A DNA stretch of 24,666 nucleotides from a virus (taxonomy: Duplodnaviria > Heunggongvirae > Uroviricota > Caudoviricetes). Made by a program: the position numbers and the translations under genes. The stretch is taken from the IMG/VR virus record IMGVR_UViG_2687453297_000002, positions 1 through 24,666 of that record; one strand, written 5' to 3'. The notes beneath the pieces were generated by a model that worked only from the letters and a program-made list of their open reading frames with translations, did no database searches and was not told the origin of the DNA. Shown here piece after piece: positions 1-9,647 of this stretch; within the stretch, counting starts at the first letter, position 1, and each line of letters starts with the position of its first letter.

Positions 1-854
1 TGGCATTATTACTGGAGCCACTGCAGTTCACCTTTATGAGTCACGCACTGCTGATTTCACTGGTAGTTTCCATACCCTGTGCGCTGCTGTCGGTCTTTCT
101 GGTCCTGAAAGGTTGGGCACTGATGGGTGACGCGATGAGTCATGCGGTTTTTCCTGGCATCGTGCTTGCCTGGATTCTGGGGTTACCTTTGGCTACAGGG
201 GCATTCGTCGCCGGAGTATTCTGCGCGGTGGCGACGGGATACCTGAAAGACAACAGCCGAATCAAGCAAGATACAGTGATGGGGATTGTTTTTTCTGGCA
301 TGTTTGCCGCAGGTCTGATCTTGTATATTGCAGTCAAACCAGACGTACATCTTGACCATATTCTTTTCGGCGACATGCTCGGGATAACCATCGGCGATAT
401 AATCCAGACGATGATTATTGCCGGGCTGGTTACACTTGTTATTAGCGTAAAATGGCGGGATTTTTTGCTGTTCAGCTTTGATTATCAACAGGCGCAGGTA
501 AGCGGTTTGCATACGAGATGGCTGCATTATGGGCTGCTGTGCATGGTCTCTCTGACCATTGTGGCGACGCTGAAAGCGGTAGGTATCATTCTCTCCATTT
601 CTCTGCTCATTGCGCCTGGCGCCATTGCGGTACTCCTGACACAACGCTTTCATATTGCGCTCCTACTGGCGACTGGCATATCGGTAATAGTGTCAATGAC
701 TGGTGTCTGGTTGTCCTTTTTTATCGACAGCGCACCAGCTCCGACGATTGTCGTCTTATTCGCGGTTTTGTTCATCATGACGTTTGCCGTTACCAGCATC
801 AACGCACGCAAAAAGGGAAACTCCCATACACAGGATCTGTTATCACCCAATTAG
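1..854 (+). CDS. sitD: Divalent-metal (Mn/Fe) ABC transporter permease, SitD-like; 5' end lies upstream of the window
   Basis: ORF 36..854 is a polytopic hydrophobic protein typical of the ZnuB/MntB/SitD permease family. The frame stays open back to position 3, and the upstream residues (LLEPLQFTF) look like the conserved N-terminus of this family, so the true start is probably outside the window. Symbol assigned from memory, not a search. Confidence 0.65.
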   Translation, partial: ALLLEPLQFTFMSHALLISLVVSIPCALLSVFLVLKGWALMGDAMSHAVFPGIVLAWILGLPLATGAFVAGVFCAVATGYLKDNSRIKQDTVMGIVFSGMFAAGLILYIAVKPDVHLDHILFGDMLGITIGDIIQTMIIAGLVTLVISVKWRDFLLFSFDYQQAQVSGLHTRWLHYGLLCMVSLTIVATLKAVGIILSISLLIAPGAIAVLLTQRFHIALLLATGISVIVSMTGVWLSFFIDSAPAPTIVVLFAVLFIMTFAVTSINARKKGNSHTQDLLSPN

Positions 855-945
855 CACAACATCCGAGGACAGCAACACCCGATACTTTTTCCTGGCTTCC
901 AGCAACGGGGTTTCTTCCTCCGTTGCATATACAGCTCACCTTTTT

Positions 946-1239
946 TCACCCACGATTAACCAACAGCCAGACCAGCAGACACGCCACCACCGGCACAGCA
1001 AAATCCATCAGGCTTGCCACATCCCAAGCACGCGGATCAAAACCGCCCCACCACGGCATATTCATTCGCTTGCCATGCCCGAACATTTCAATCCAGCGAT
1101 ATTCTGCCTGGGTATGTTCACGCGCAATGAAGAACGTACAACCGGCTATCGCTCCGTAAGCCCAGTTTCCGGTAAAAAGACCAACCAGTATCTGCGCAGC
1201 CACAGCACAAAGTGCATGAAGTAAGGGGCTTATATCCAT
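946..1239 (-). CDS. Hypothetical small membrane protein (two predicted TM segments, Trp/Gly-rich loop)
   Basis: 97-aa ORF with hydrophobic N- and C-terminal segments; lies 12 nt downstream of the 92-aa ORF on the same strand. No family recognised. Confidence 0.45.
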   Translation of the reverse strand: MDISPLLHALCAVAAQILVGLFTGNWAYGAIAGCTFFIAREHTQAEYRWIEMFGHGKRMNMPWWGGFDPRAWDVASLMDFAVPVVACLLVWLLVNRG

Positions 1240-1251
1240 TATTTCCTCCTT

Positions 1252-1530
1252 TCAGCTCCATTCCCGAAGCGGTGTTTCCAGCTCCACGACATAATCAGAG
1301 AATACAGAAACATCAAACAAGTCATCAAGAATGCGAATGTTGACAAAATAACCATCATTCCGGATACAGACAGGTTCTCCCTCTTCTGTTACCCCTGTTT
1401 CTGTGTAGGTGAAACCAATTTCATCAACTAACAGTTTATTCTGGAGGTCTTCATCTTCCGCCCAGCCAAGAGATGACAGGAAGGCCTTAAACTGCAGTTT
1501 GTCATGAAACTTCAAAGTTAAATCTTTCAT
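1252..1530 (-). CDS. Hypothetical small acidic protein, translationally coupled to the original tail-fibre 3' end
   Basis: 92-aa ORF. Its ATG (1530..1528) overlaps the TGA (1529..1527) that ends the reconstructed tail-fibre reading frame, giving an ATGA junction. Acidic composition; product unknown (possible fibre chaperone or accessory protein). Confidence 0.5.
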   Translation of the reverse strand: MKDLTLKFHDKLQFKAFLSSLGWAEDEDLQNKLLVDEIGFTYTETGVTEEGEPVCIRNDGYFVNIRILDDLFDVSVFSDYVVELETPLREWS

Positions 1531-1667
1531 ACGACCTCTTTTAATTGCCTGTCATTTAATTCTTTATGCCATATGCGGAAATTGCGAATATGGCCAAACA
1601 GATGTCGTTCTCCAGTATTCGTCTGCCCTCCAAATCGGATATTTTTATCAGCGGTCACGCCATTATA
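1527..1667 (-). pseudogene. stf: Displaced 3' end of the side-tail-fibre gene (last 43 codons plus stop), separated from the gene body by the IS66 insertion
   Basis: After conceptually removing 1668..4207, the 4196..6130 frame continues through 1659..1530 and stops at 1529..1527. The encoded tail (…GERHLFGHIRNFRIWHKELNDRQLKEVV) resembles the C-terminal strand of LamG/concanavalin-like lectin domains. Confidence 0.7.
1660..1667. repeat. Target-site duplication CCATTATA (left copy) of the IS66-family insertion
   Basis: Identical 8-mer at 1660..1667 and 4200..4207, immediately flanking the element termini. IS66-family elements make 8-bp duplications. Confidence 0.85.
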
Positions 1668-1697
1668 GTAAGCGTCAACGGAGCACCGTATTGACGC

Positions 1698-3311
1698 TTA
1701 TTTATTGGTGAGTACTACGTTCCATGGCAGGAGTTCGTCAACTCGGTTGGAAGGCCATTCCGGCAGTACGCTCAGGATATGGCGCAGATACGCTTCCGGA
1801 TCGATACCGTTCAGACGGCAGGTGCCGATCAGCCCGTACAACAGTGCTCCACGCTCGCCGCCGTGATCGCTGCCAAAGAACATAAAGTTTTTCTTTCCGA
1901 GACAGACTGCACGAAGCGCTCTTTCCGCAGCATTATTATCCGCCTCCGCCAGACCGTCATCACTGTAATAACAGAGGGCATCCCACTGATTCAGTACATA
2001 GCTGAACGCTTCGCCCAGTCTGGATTTTTTCGACAGCGTACCATTCTTCTCCACCATCCATTCATGCAGCGACGTCAGTAACACTTTGCTTCGCTGCTGC
2101 CTGACGGCAAGACGCTCTGACTCCGGTAATCCCCGTATTTCATCCTCGATGGCGTACAGTTCACTGATTCGCTTCAGGGCTTCTTCTGCCGTCGCACTTT
2201 TGCTGCTGATGTATACATCGTGGATTTTTCGCCGGGCATGGGCCCAGCACGCAACTTCTGTCAGTGCACCACCTTCACGTTCTGCACTGAACAACCTGTC
2301 GTAACCTGTGAACGCATCCGCCTGCAGGATACCCCGGAAGGGGCGGAGGTGTTGCTCCGGGTGTTTCCCCTGCCGGTTCGGCGAGTACGCGAACCAGACC
2401 GCTGGAGGAGATGACGAACCCACATTGCGATCATCCCGGACATACGTCCAGATACGCCCTGTTTTCGCCTTTTTCTGACCCGGTGCCAGTACCTTTACCG
2501 GTGTGTCATCAGTGTGAACCTTGCGGGTATTCATTACATAACGGTACAGGGCATCATTCACCGGTGTCATTAACTGGCAGCACGCGTCAACCCAGTTGGA
2601 GAGTAAGGCCCGGCTCAGTTCGACACCCTGGCGGGCAAAGATTTCACTCTGACGATACAGTGGCAGATGTTCGCAGTATTTTCCCGTTAACACGCGGGCA
2701 AGTAATCCGGGGCCCGCGATACCACGCTCTATCGGGCGGGACGGCGCCGGTGCTTCAACAATACAGTCACATTTTGTACAGGCTTTTTTTACCCGTTCTG
2801 TGCGGATCACTTTCAGGGCACTGCTCACCAGTTCCAGCTGTTCAGCGCTGACTTCCCCCAGATAATCCAGCTCACCGCCACACTCCGGGCAACAGCTTTC
2901 TTCTGGCTCCAGGCGGTGTATTTCACGGGGAAGGTGTGCCGGTAACGGACGACGATGGCGCGACTGTCGCAACTGGCGGGGAACCTGAGGATCGTCTTCC
3001 CGCCCACTGTAACGATCGCTGTCCTGTTCACGTTGTTTCAGCAGAGCCTCAGCCAGTTCAACTTCACGACGCAGTTTTTCAGAACGGGTACCGAACAGCA
3101 TCCGGCGCAGTTTTTCTATCTGAGCCCGCAGATGTTCTATTTCCCGTTCATCTTCTTCGATCTTTTCTTCGGCACGTGTCAGTGCAGAGCGCAGGAAGGC
3201 TTCCGTCTCTTCAACCAGACTCAGTTGCTGGTCTTTCTGACGGAGGGCTTCAGCCTGCTCAGAGAGCAACCTTTCCAGCTCTGCGATGCGAATGAGGTAT
3301 TTCTGACTCAT
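1698..3311 (-). CDS. IS66-family transposase (TnpC/Orf3)
   Basis: 537 aa with an N-terminal coiled-coil/leucine-zipper region, Cys cluster and DDE region characteristic of IS66 TnpC. Confidence 0.9.
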   Translation of the reverse strand: MSQKYLIRIAELERLLSEQAEALRQKDQQLSLVEETEAFLRSALTRAEEKIEEDEREIEHLRAQIEKLRRMLFGTRSEKLRREVELAEALLKQREQDSDRYSGREDDPQVPRQLRQSRHRRPLPAHLPREIHRLEPEESCCPECGGELDYLGEVSAEQLELVSSALKVIRTERVKKACTKCDCIVEAPAPSRPIERGIAGPGLLARVLTGKYCEHLPLYRQSEIFARQGVELSRALLSNWVDACCQLMTPVNDALYRYVMNTRKVHTDDTPVKVLAPGQKKAKTGRIWTYVRDDRNVGSSSPPAVWFAYSPNRQGKHPEQHLRPFRGILQADAFTGYDRLFSAEREGGALTEVACWAHARRKIHDVYISSKSATAEEALKRISELYAIEDEIRGLPESERLAVRQQRSKVLLTSLHEWMVEKNGTLSKKSRLGEAFSYVLNQWDALCYYSDDGLAEADNNAAERALRAVCLGKKNFMFFGSDHGGERGALLYGLIGTCRLNGIDPEAYLRHILSVLPEWPSNRVDELLPWNVVLTNK

Positions 3312-3341
3312 GACCGTTTTTATAATGCGGTCAGGAGTTTT

Positions 3342-3692
3342 TTACAACATTGTCAGTGAGTTACGGCTGGATGTTTTTGGCTGACGCCAGTCCAGCTTAT
3401 CGAGGAGCATTGCCAGTTGCGAGCGGGTAATGGATACCTTGCCGTCACGTACCGCAGGCCAGATAAACTGGCCTTCCTCCAGGCGTTTGGTGAACAGGCA
3501 CAGACCATCAGCATCAGCCCAAAGAATTTTGACGGTGTCACCCCGTCGGCCACGGAAGATAAACAGGTGACCGGAGAAGGGATTATCATTCAGCACATGT
3601 TGTACCTGTTCTCCCAGTCCGTTGAAGGATTTACGCATATCGGTAACGCCGGCAACGAGCCAGATACGGGTACCTGATGGGAGTGAGATCAT
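3342..3692 (-). CDS. IS66-family accessory protein TnpB (Orf2)
   Basis: 116 aa starting MISLPSGTRIWLVAGVTDMRKSFNGL…, recognised as the conserved IS66 Orf2. Overlaps tnpA by 4 nt. Confidence 0.9.
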   Translation of the reverse strand: MISLPSGTRIWLVAGVTDMRKSFNGLGEQVQHVLNDNPFSGHLFIFRGRRGDTVKILWADADGLCLFTKRLEEGQFIWPAVRDGKVSITRSQLAMLLDKLDWRQPKTSSRNSLTML

Positions 3693-4114
3693 CTTCCCCT
3701 CCCGGTCAGTTCACGGATCAACACTGTGAGCAGCTCTGGCGATGGATTTTCCAGCGTCATGTTACCGTGACGGAATTCCACCTTGCAGGAACTGGCACTG
3801 ACTCTGGTCTGAGTGGAAGTGGATAAAGACGGCGCAATGGCCGCCACAGGTTCTTTCTGCTCATCCGGCGTTATTTCTACAGGTAATAATTCAACGCCAG
3901 TGTCAGAAGAGGTCGTTACCGGAAGACGCCGCGAAACACGCCCTTCGTTCTGCCAGAGCCTGAGCCATTTGAAAATAACATTATCATTGACGCCATTTTC
4001 ACGTGCAATCTGTGCAACACAAGCTCCAGGTTGTGATGCCAGTTCCACCATACGAAGTTTGAATTCATTCGAATAGTTTTTACGAGGTTCTTTTCGCCAG
4101 TCCTGTAATTCCAT
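3689..4114 (-). CDS. IS66-family accessory protein TnpA (Orf1)
   Basis: 141 aa with a helix-turn-helix-like N-terminus (…NYSNEFKLRMVELASQPGACVAQIARENGVNDN…), typical of IS66 Orf1. Confidence 0.85.
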   Translation of the reverse strand: MELQDWRKEPRKNYSNEFKLRMVELASQPGACVAQIARENGVNDNVIFKWLRLWQNEGRVSRRLPVTTSSDTGVELLPVEITPDEQKEPVAAIAPSLSTSTQTRVSASSCKVEFRHGNMTLENPSPELLTVLIRELTGRGR

Positions 4115-4195
4115 ACTTAGATGTCCGTCTATATCAGATGGGCGTCTAAGTTACCAATTCTCGTCTGATGGCTACATACGGCGGTCAGTTTACGC

Positions 4196-6130
4196 TTACC
4201 CATTATATTCACAATAAACTTCATTAACCGCTTTACCATTTGTCACCACATGAAAGTGACCATCAGCTTTTGCAATACATCCAAATGTGGTTTTCTCTGC
4301 AAATACATCTGTCGCTGCGCTATTAACATACGAGCCTGAAGGGTTTGACAGACTCATATATAACTTACCACTACCTCTGTTGATTGCTGCAATTGCTGAT
4401 TGCCCGGTATTGGCTGCTATATCCCACACGCGGGGTGCGGCGTTTGGTGCAATATCCCAGTTTTTATGAATCTCAAGTAAAAAAGTAAATGGTAACTTAT
4501 AAAGATTATTTCTGGTGGGGATACTAACCAAATCACTGGCTCTTGTCGTTGCGCTGCCTCCTGAAATAATAAATGATGATACACACGGCCCATTCTCTAC
4601 TTGTGGGGTGGCAAGATAAATATAGTCACCAGATACTGTTGCCCCACCCTGCTCAGGAGAATACTGTATCTGAGAGCCTATTTTTAACTCACCATCAATT
4701 GCCTGAATCGTTGCCTCTGCAAAAATCCAGCCCGTGGTCTTATCCTTCCTGACTCGTGCCGTAATTCTGCCGGCAGCACCACCTGTCATATTAATTTCAA
4801 GCGTTTGCGTATCAATGTACGCATCGCCAAGAAAAGTTGTTGCACTACCATCATACTTATCAAACCGTATACGTAACCTTACCTGTCGTTCTGTTTTAAA
4901 ACGGCATGAGGTTGTCACGTACTTGTTATCGCCTGAGACATCAACTGACTTTGTTGCAGCAATTGATGCCATATTAATAGCCGAAGTTTGCCCAACCAGA
5001 GAATCGTTGCAGACAAACTTTCCATAAGTAAAACCAAAACTATCCGTCCCAGTTTCGGGCACATCCATGTTTGATGACTTCCCCCAGCTGGCTGGACTTT
5101 CCGAATTGAGCATGTAGTTCGTTCTTTGTCCCTCAATAAGCAGGCCATCACACTCAAATCGCGGCTCATTAATTTCCGCCGTTTTCAGTTCGCCAGATTT
5201 GTTGATATATGTTGCCGTTGATGCGCGACTGAAATTAACCTGTTTATCACTGGCGACCTGAACCACATCGTCACCAATAGCTATTTTTTTATAGCCCGGA
5301 GAAAAACCCGCAATCATATCCAGTGAATCGTTAAACGGTATCCACACATCAGGCAGCGGCGGCACTATATTCGCATAGGGCTCTGCAGTCACTTCCGCTG
5401 CGGCTTCTGCGCGGTCTGCCGCCTTTTCAGCTCGTGTCGCTGCCGACAGAGCCTCATCCTTTTTCTGCCCGGCCTTTGTTGCGTCTGCTGCAGCCTCCCG
5501 CGCTTTTGTGGTGGCGACTCCGGCATTTTCAGCGGCTGACTCTGCATTACGGCGGGAAGCCTCTTCACTGTCTGCGGAGGCTTCTTCTGACGCACGGGCA
5601 TTTGTCTCTGAACGTTCTGCCGCTGTTGCTGCGTTTTGTGCGGCTGTTTTTGAAGAAGCTGCCGCTTTCGCGCTGTTACCTGCATTCGTCTCTGATGTTT
5701 TCGCCGCGTTCCTGGACGATGCCGCTGCTGTTTCTGATTTCTTTGCTGCCGCTGCGCTCTGAGAGGCGGCTTCAGCGTTGCGTGCCACATCCTCCACCAT
5801 TACCTCAAAACGACGCAATGCCTCCGGCATGACATCCTCTTCCGTCATGGCCCCCAGAAAATCATTCAGCGTCCCCGGCTTAGAATCCTCATACACGGTG
5901 ATGGTCCCGGCATGTGAAGGCGGAAAACCTTCAACCAGCAGGATAACGCTGTACTGGCCATACTCGACATCCATGCTGTAACGTCCGGCTTCATCCGGAT
6001 TTTCTGAGGCCACCGTGTTCACCACAACCGTGGTGCTGTTACGTTTTGCTTTGAGCTGAATGGTGCAGTTCTGTATCGGTTTTCCTGCACCGTCTTTCAG
6101 CACGCCTGAAATCTGTACTGCCATATTCAC
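4196..6130 (-). pseudogene. stf: Lambda Stf-like side tail fibre, 3'-truncated by IS66 insertion (reads into the IS inverted repeat and stops after one IS-derived codon)
   Basis: N-terminus MAVQISGVLKDGAGKPIQNCTIQLKAKRNSTTVVVNTVASENPDEAGRYSMDVEYGQYSV… closely resembles lambda Stf (from memory), followed by an Ala/Ser-rich repetitive shaft. The stop codon at 4198..4196 lies inside the IS66 terminus. Confidence 0.8.
4200..4207. repeat. Target-site duplication CCATTATA (right copy) of the IS66-family insertion
   Basis: Exact copy of 1660..1667. Confidence 0.85.
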
Positions 6131-6185
6131 TCCACAAATAAAAAAGGCGCCATTTCTGGCACCCGTATCTGGGTTATAAAATTCA

Positions 6186-6308
<123 letters not shown>

Positions 6309-6340
6309 TTAGTGTATGATGGTGTTTTTGAGGTGCTCCA

Positions 6341-6616
6341 GTGGCTTCTGTTTCTATCAGCTGTCCCTCCTGTTCAGCTACTGACGGGGTGGTGCGTAAC
6401 GGCAAAAGCACCGCCGGACATCAGCGCTATCTCTGCTCTCACTGCCGTAAAACATGGCAACTGCAGTTCACTTACACCGCTTCTCAACCCGGTACGCACC
6501 AGAAAATCATTGATATGGCCATGAATGGCGTTGGATGCCGGGCAACCGCCCGCATTATGGGCGTTGGCCTCAACACGATTTTCCGCCATTTAAAAAACTC
6601 AGGCCGCAGTCGGTAA
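6341..6616 (+). CDS. insA: IS1 InsA (transposition repressor)
   Basis: 91 aa [43 protein letters not shown]…, the canonical InsA zinc-finger protein. Confidence 0.95.
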   Translation: MASVSISCPSCSATDGVVRNGKSTAGHQRYLCSHCRKTWQLQFTYTASQPGTHQKIIDMAMNGVGCRATARIMGVGLNTIFRHLKNSGRSR

Positions 6617-7038
6617 CCTCGCGCATACAGCCGGGCAGTGACGTCATCGTCTGCGCGGAAATGGACGAACAGTGGGGATACGTCGGGGCTAAATCGCGCC
6701 AGCGCTGGCTGTTTTACGCGTATGACAGGCTCCGGAAGACGGTTGTTGCGCACGTATTCGGTGAACGCACTATGGCGACGCTGGGGCGTCTTATGAGCCT
6801 GCTGTCACCCTTTGACGTGGTGATATGGATGACGGATGGCTGGCCGCTGTATGAATCCCGCCTGAAGGGAAAGCTGCACGTAATCAGCAAGCGATATACG
6901 CAGCGAATTGAGCGGCATAACCTGAATCTGAGGCAGCACCTGGCACGGCTGGGACGGAAGTCGCTGTCGTTCTCAAAATCGGTGGAGCTGCATGACAAAG
7001 TCATCGGGCATTATCTGAACATAAAACACTATCAATAA
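6535..7038 (+). CDS. insB: IS1 InsB reading frame (expressed as InsAB' transposase by -1 frameshift)
   Basis: 167-codon open frame overlapping the insA 3' end; carries the canonical IS1 InsB sequence. Confidence 0.9.
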   Translation: MPGNRPHYGRWPQHDFPPFKKLRPQSVTSRIQPGSDVIVCAEMDEQWGYVGAKSRQRWLFYAYDRLRKTVVAHVFGERTMATLGRLMSLLSPFDVVIWMTDGWPLYESRLKGKLHVISKRYTQRIERHNLNLRQHLARLGRKSLSFSKSVELHDKVIGHYLNIKHYQ

Positions 7039-7120
7039 GTTGGAGTCATTACCGATTAGATGAATATTTATCGCGCAGTGACATCATTTTTTAATAATAG
7101 TTCAAAAAAAAGGGCGTACA

Positions 7121-8203
7121 ATGAAAAAATTAACAGTGGCAATTTCTGCTGTAGCTGCATCAGTACTGATGGCGATGTCTGCTCAGGCAGCTGAAATTTA
7201 TAATAAAGACAGTAACAAGCTGGATCTATACGGGAAAGTTAATGCCAAGCACTACTTCTCCTCTAATGATGCAGATGATGGTGATACTACTTATGCCCGT
7301 CTTGGCTTCAAAGGTGAAACCCAAATCAACGATCAACTGACTGGTTTCGGTCAGTGGGAATATGAATTCAAAGGCAACCGTGCTGAATCTCAAGGTTCTT
7401 CCAAAGACAAAACCCGTCTTGCATTTGCAGGCCTGAAATTTGGTGATTACGGCTCAATCGATTACGGCCGTAACTACGGTGTAGCATACGACATCGGTGC
7501 GTGGACTGACGTCCTGCCAGAATTCGGTGGTGATACCTGGACCCAAACAGATGTGTTCATGACTGGTCGCACTACTGGTGTTGCAACTTATCGTAACAAC
7601 GACTTCTTTGGTCTGGTCGATGGCCTGAACTTTGCTGCTCAGTATCAGGGTAAAAATGACCGCACTGACGTAACTGAAGTCAATGGTGATGGTTTCGGTT
7701 TCTCCACTACTTATGAGTATGAAGGATTCGGCGTGGGTGCAACCTATGCTAAATCAGATCGCACTGACGGTCAGGTCGCCTATGGTAAGAGCAAATTCAA
7801 TGCCTCCGGCAAAAATGCGGAAGTATGGGCTGCAGGCCTGAAATATGATGCGAACAATATCTATCTGGCTACCACATATTCTGAAACTCAGAATATGACC
7901 GTTTTTGGTAATAACCATATTGCAAACAAAGCACAAAACTTTGAAGCAGTAGCACAATATCAGTTTGACTTCGGTCTGCGACCATCTGTTGCTTACCTTC
8001 AGTCAAAAGGTAAAGACCTTGGTGTTCATGGTGACCGAGACTTAGTCAAGTATGTCGATGTCGGTGCTACTTACTACTTTAATAAAAACATGTCCACTTT
8101 TGTTGATTACAAAATCAACTTAATTGACGATAGTAAGTTTACCAAAACAGCTGGTATTGATACCGACGACATCGTCGCTGTAGGTCTGGTTTATCAGTTC
8201 TAA
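7121..8203 (+). CDS. nmpC: Phage-encoded OmpC/OmpF-family general porin (NmpC/Lc-like), apparently intact
   Basis: 360 aa with signal peptide [23 protein letters not shown], beta-barrel porin motifs and the C-terminal …VGLVYQF. Near-identical to NmpC/Lc as I recall it. Antisense to the Q/late transcription direction, as nmpC is in DLP12. Confidence 0.85.
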   Translation: MKKLTVAISAVAASVLMAMSAQAAEIYNKDSNKLDLYGKVNAKHYFSSNDADDGDTTYARLGFKGETQINDQLTGFGQWEYEFKGNRAESQGSSKDKTRLAFAGLKFGDYGSIDYGRNYGVAYDIGAWTDVLPEFGGDTWTQTDVFMTGRTTGVATYRNNDFFGLVDGLNFAAQYQGKNDRTDVTEVNGDGFGFSTTYEYEGFGVGATYAKSDRTDGQVAYGKSKFNASGKNAEVWAAGLKYDANNIYLATTYSETQNMTVFGNNHIANKAQNFEAVAQYQFDFGLRPSVAYLQSKGKDLGVHGDRDLVKYVDVGATYYFNKNMSTFVDYKINLIDDSKFTKTAGIDTDDIVAVGLVYQF

Positions 8204-8220
8204 TCTGACTTACGAAAAAG

Positions 8221-8254
8221 ATATGTTGCGGGAGGCTTTGCCTCCGCAACATAT
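8221..8254. terminator. Strong hairpin 18 nt downstream of nmpC; minus-strand intrinsic terminator candidate, possibly bidirectional
   Basis: Stem ATATGTTGCGGGAGG / CCTCCGCAACATAT with loop CTTTG. Preceded on the plus strand by AAAAAG, so on the minus strand it is followed by CTTTTT. Confidence 0.55.
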
Positions 8255-8341
8255 AAGTGGAGCCCTCAAGCCACTTCCTTTAGAAGCACTACCTTGCTTC
8301 TTACTATATAAACCTTCTGTTATATATTACCCTTTATTTTG

Positions 8342-8366
8342 GGGGCGTTTCCACGCCCCATTTTTA
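8342..8366 (+). terminator. Intrinsic terminator candidate on the plus strand
   Basis: Stem GGGGCGT / ACGCCCC with loop TTCC, followed by ATTTTT. Confidence 0.55.
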
Positions 8367-8391
8367 ATAACTTTTAGTAAACAATTGCATA

Positions 8392-8775
8392 TCAATTAGA
8401 ATTATTAGCAACGATATCCATATCTAACCGGATATCTAATGCCATTAACATCCCTTCAATTATGCCCTCAGCCTTCTGTAACCTTTTCCCGATATAACCA
8501 TCCGAGCAGCAATGCTTACTTGCCAGTGACATGAATGTCATACCACATACATAATAATCTACTAATAAATCGTGTAAATCGCTGTTGTTCTTTTTCAGAC
8601 GGGCCATGCACCCGCAAATGATCATCGCGTCATCGTCACAACATTGCGGGCGAGATTTTACTTTTGAAGGAATTAATCCCTTAAAACCGGCGGCAACGGA
8701 CGACCAGGTCACATCTTCATGATTATTAGCCGCCCACGCTCCCCAACGCTCAAGAACCATCTGAATATCACGCAT
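8392..8775 (-). CDS. quuD: Late-gene antiterminator Q (DLP12 QuuD-like)
   Basis: 127 aa from the ATG at 8775 ([21 protein letters not shown]…), with GGAG 8 nt upstream; the listed ORF starts at an upstream TTG. Contains a Cys cluster. Sits upstream of the expected late-promoter region. Confidence 0.7.
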   Translation of the reverse strand: MRDIQMVLERWGAWAANNHEDVTWSSVAAGFKGLIPSKVKSRPQCCDDDAMIICGCMARLKKNNSDLHDLLVDYYVCGMTFMSLASKHCCSDGYIGKRLQKAEGIIEGMLMALDIRLDMDIVANNSN

Positions 8776-8997
8776 CAACTTACTCCACAAAAATCAGACC
8801 AGAACGCCAATTACAAGCAAAAATCAACAAAACAGTATTAGTTGATTGTTATCTCTGACTTCATACTCCTGCTCCTGTCAGGGTTTTGGCGTAATTCTTC
8901 AGTATTCGGTAATCGGTCAAAACAGAACCAGGAAAACGATATAAGCGCAGGCGCACCCAGCGGCGGCGAAGACGCTCTGCCATATAAGACTCAAACA

Positions 8998-9360
8998 TCA
9001 TTCATCTCCCAGTTCAGTGATAGTCAGCTCCAGCTTCCCACCTTTGGTAACGGGCATCTTCACAACGCGGTAATCAACGACCTGAGCATCATCCAGCCAG
9101 AAACCTGCTTTGGTGAGTGCGTCAAAAGCGGCCTTTTGCAGATTATCAAGGTCACGGCGACGGCGATCCGGCATGTGGCACTCAATGCTGATTTTCACAG
9201 GAATAGCCAGGCCGATATCCAGCATTGCGTTTTTAATGATTCGGGCGACATTATCGCGGTATGCCTGCCCCTCTGCGCTGATATGCGTGCGTCCGCGATT
9301 ATGGCGGTAATAGCGATTATTGCTCGGCGGCCAGGGTAATGTGATGCTGTAGGTATTCAC
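8998..9360 (-). CDS. rusA: Holliday-junction resolvase RusA
   Basis: 120 aa [26 protein letters not shown]…, near-identical to E. coli RusA as recalled. Confidence 0.9.
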   Translation of the reverse strand: MNTYSITLPWPPSNNRYYRHNRGRTHISAEGQAYRDNVARIIKNAMLDIGLAIPVKISIECHMPDRRRRDLDNLQKAAFDALTKAGFWLDDAQVVDYRVVKMPVTKGGKLELTITELGDE

Positions 9361-9647
9361 GCCTCAATAACCCCCTCTTTCAACCAGATAACCTGTGTTC
9401 TCGCCATACCTTCCAGCGCGCATTCTTTTGCATATCCAGCGTCAACAAAATGCGTGCGACGGTCGATTTCGTCGTGGCAGGCAGAACATGCAATGGTGGC
9501 AATCAGGTCTGGCGGTTTGATACCGGTACAGCACAATCCAGCCAGCCGGATATGTGCCAGTACTGACGTTTCAGGATTGCCATTACATACGCCAGGGATT
9601 CTTACCTGGCATTCCCGACCACGCGCTGCTTTTCTCAAATCAGCCAT
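9357..9647 (-). CDS. ybcO: YbcO (DUF1364) prophage protein, Cys-rich
   Basis: 96 aa from the ATG at 9647 ([32 protein letters not shown]…), with AGGAGG 5 nt upstream. The listed ORF 9357..9686 has an N-terminal extension with no ribosome-binding site. Confidence 0.8.
   Translation of the reverse strand: MADLRKAARGRECQVRIPGVCNGNPETSVLAHIRLAGLCCTGIKPPDLIATIACSACHDEIDRRTHFVDAGYAKECALEGMARTQVIWLKEGVIEA

Larger units (their letters stand above)
1668..4199 (-). mobile_element. IS66-family insertion sequence (about 2.5 kb), complete, with imperfect terminal inverted repeats starting GTAAGCG
   Basis: Termini GTAAGCGTCAACGG… at 1668 and …CGCTTAC at 4199 (reverse complement GTAAGCGTAAAC…). Three co-oriented ORFs in the typical tnpA-tnpB-tnpC arrangement. 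Flanked by an 8-bp direct repeat. Confidence 0.9.

Noticed and set aside
140-1224. Track ORFs 140..391(-), 183..653(-), 518..1159(+), 650..850(-), 784..1224(+)
   Set aside because: All overlap the sitD permease or the 97-aa gene in other frames or on the other strand. They have biased, low-complexity composition and no start or ribosome-binding context; the membrane-permease frame is the only one with a coherent hydrophobic pattern.
1779-4076. Plus-strand ORFs inside the IS66 element (1779..2081, 2086..2304, 2220..2414, 2411..2851, 2936..3295, 2955..3359, 3417..3677, 3813..4076) and minus-strand 2261..2443, 2825..3031, 3353..3589
   Set aside because: Antisense to or out of frame with the three well-recognised IS66 genes; typical shadow ORFs in GC-rich transposase sequence.
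4287-5981. ORFs overlapping the tail-fibre gene (4287..4469, 4734..5027, 4915..5169, 5389..5790, 5434..5832, 5508..5762, 5778..5981)
   Set aside because: They arise from the repetitive Ala/Ser-rich shaft-coding region, which stays open in several frames. Their products are low-complexity (poly-Q/R or Ala-rich) and overlap a gene with strong lambda Stf similarity.
6312-7004. ORFs 6312..6524(+), 6374..6589(-), 6484..6753(-), 6714..7004(-) within IS1
   Set aside because: IS1 encodes only insA and insB; these are alternative-frame or antisense ORFs.
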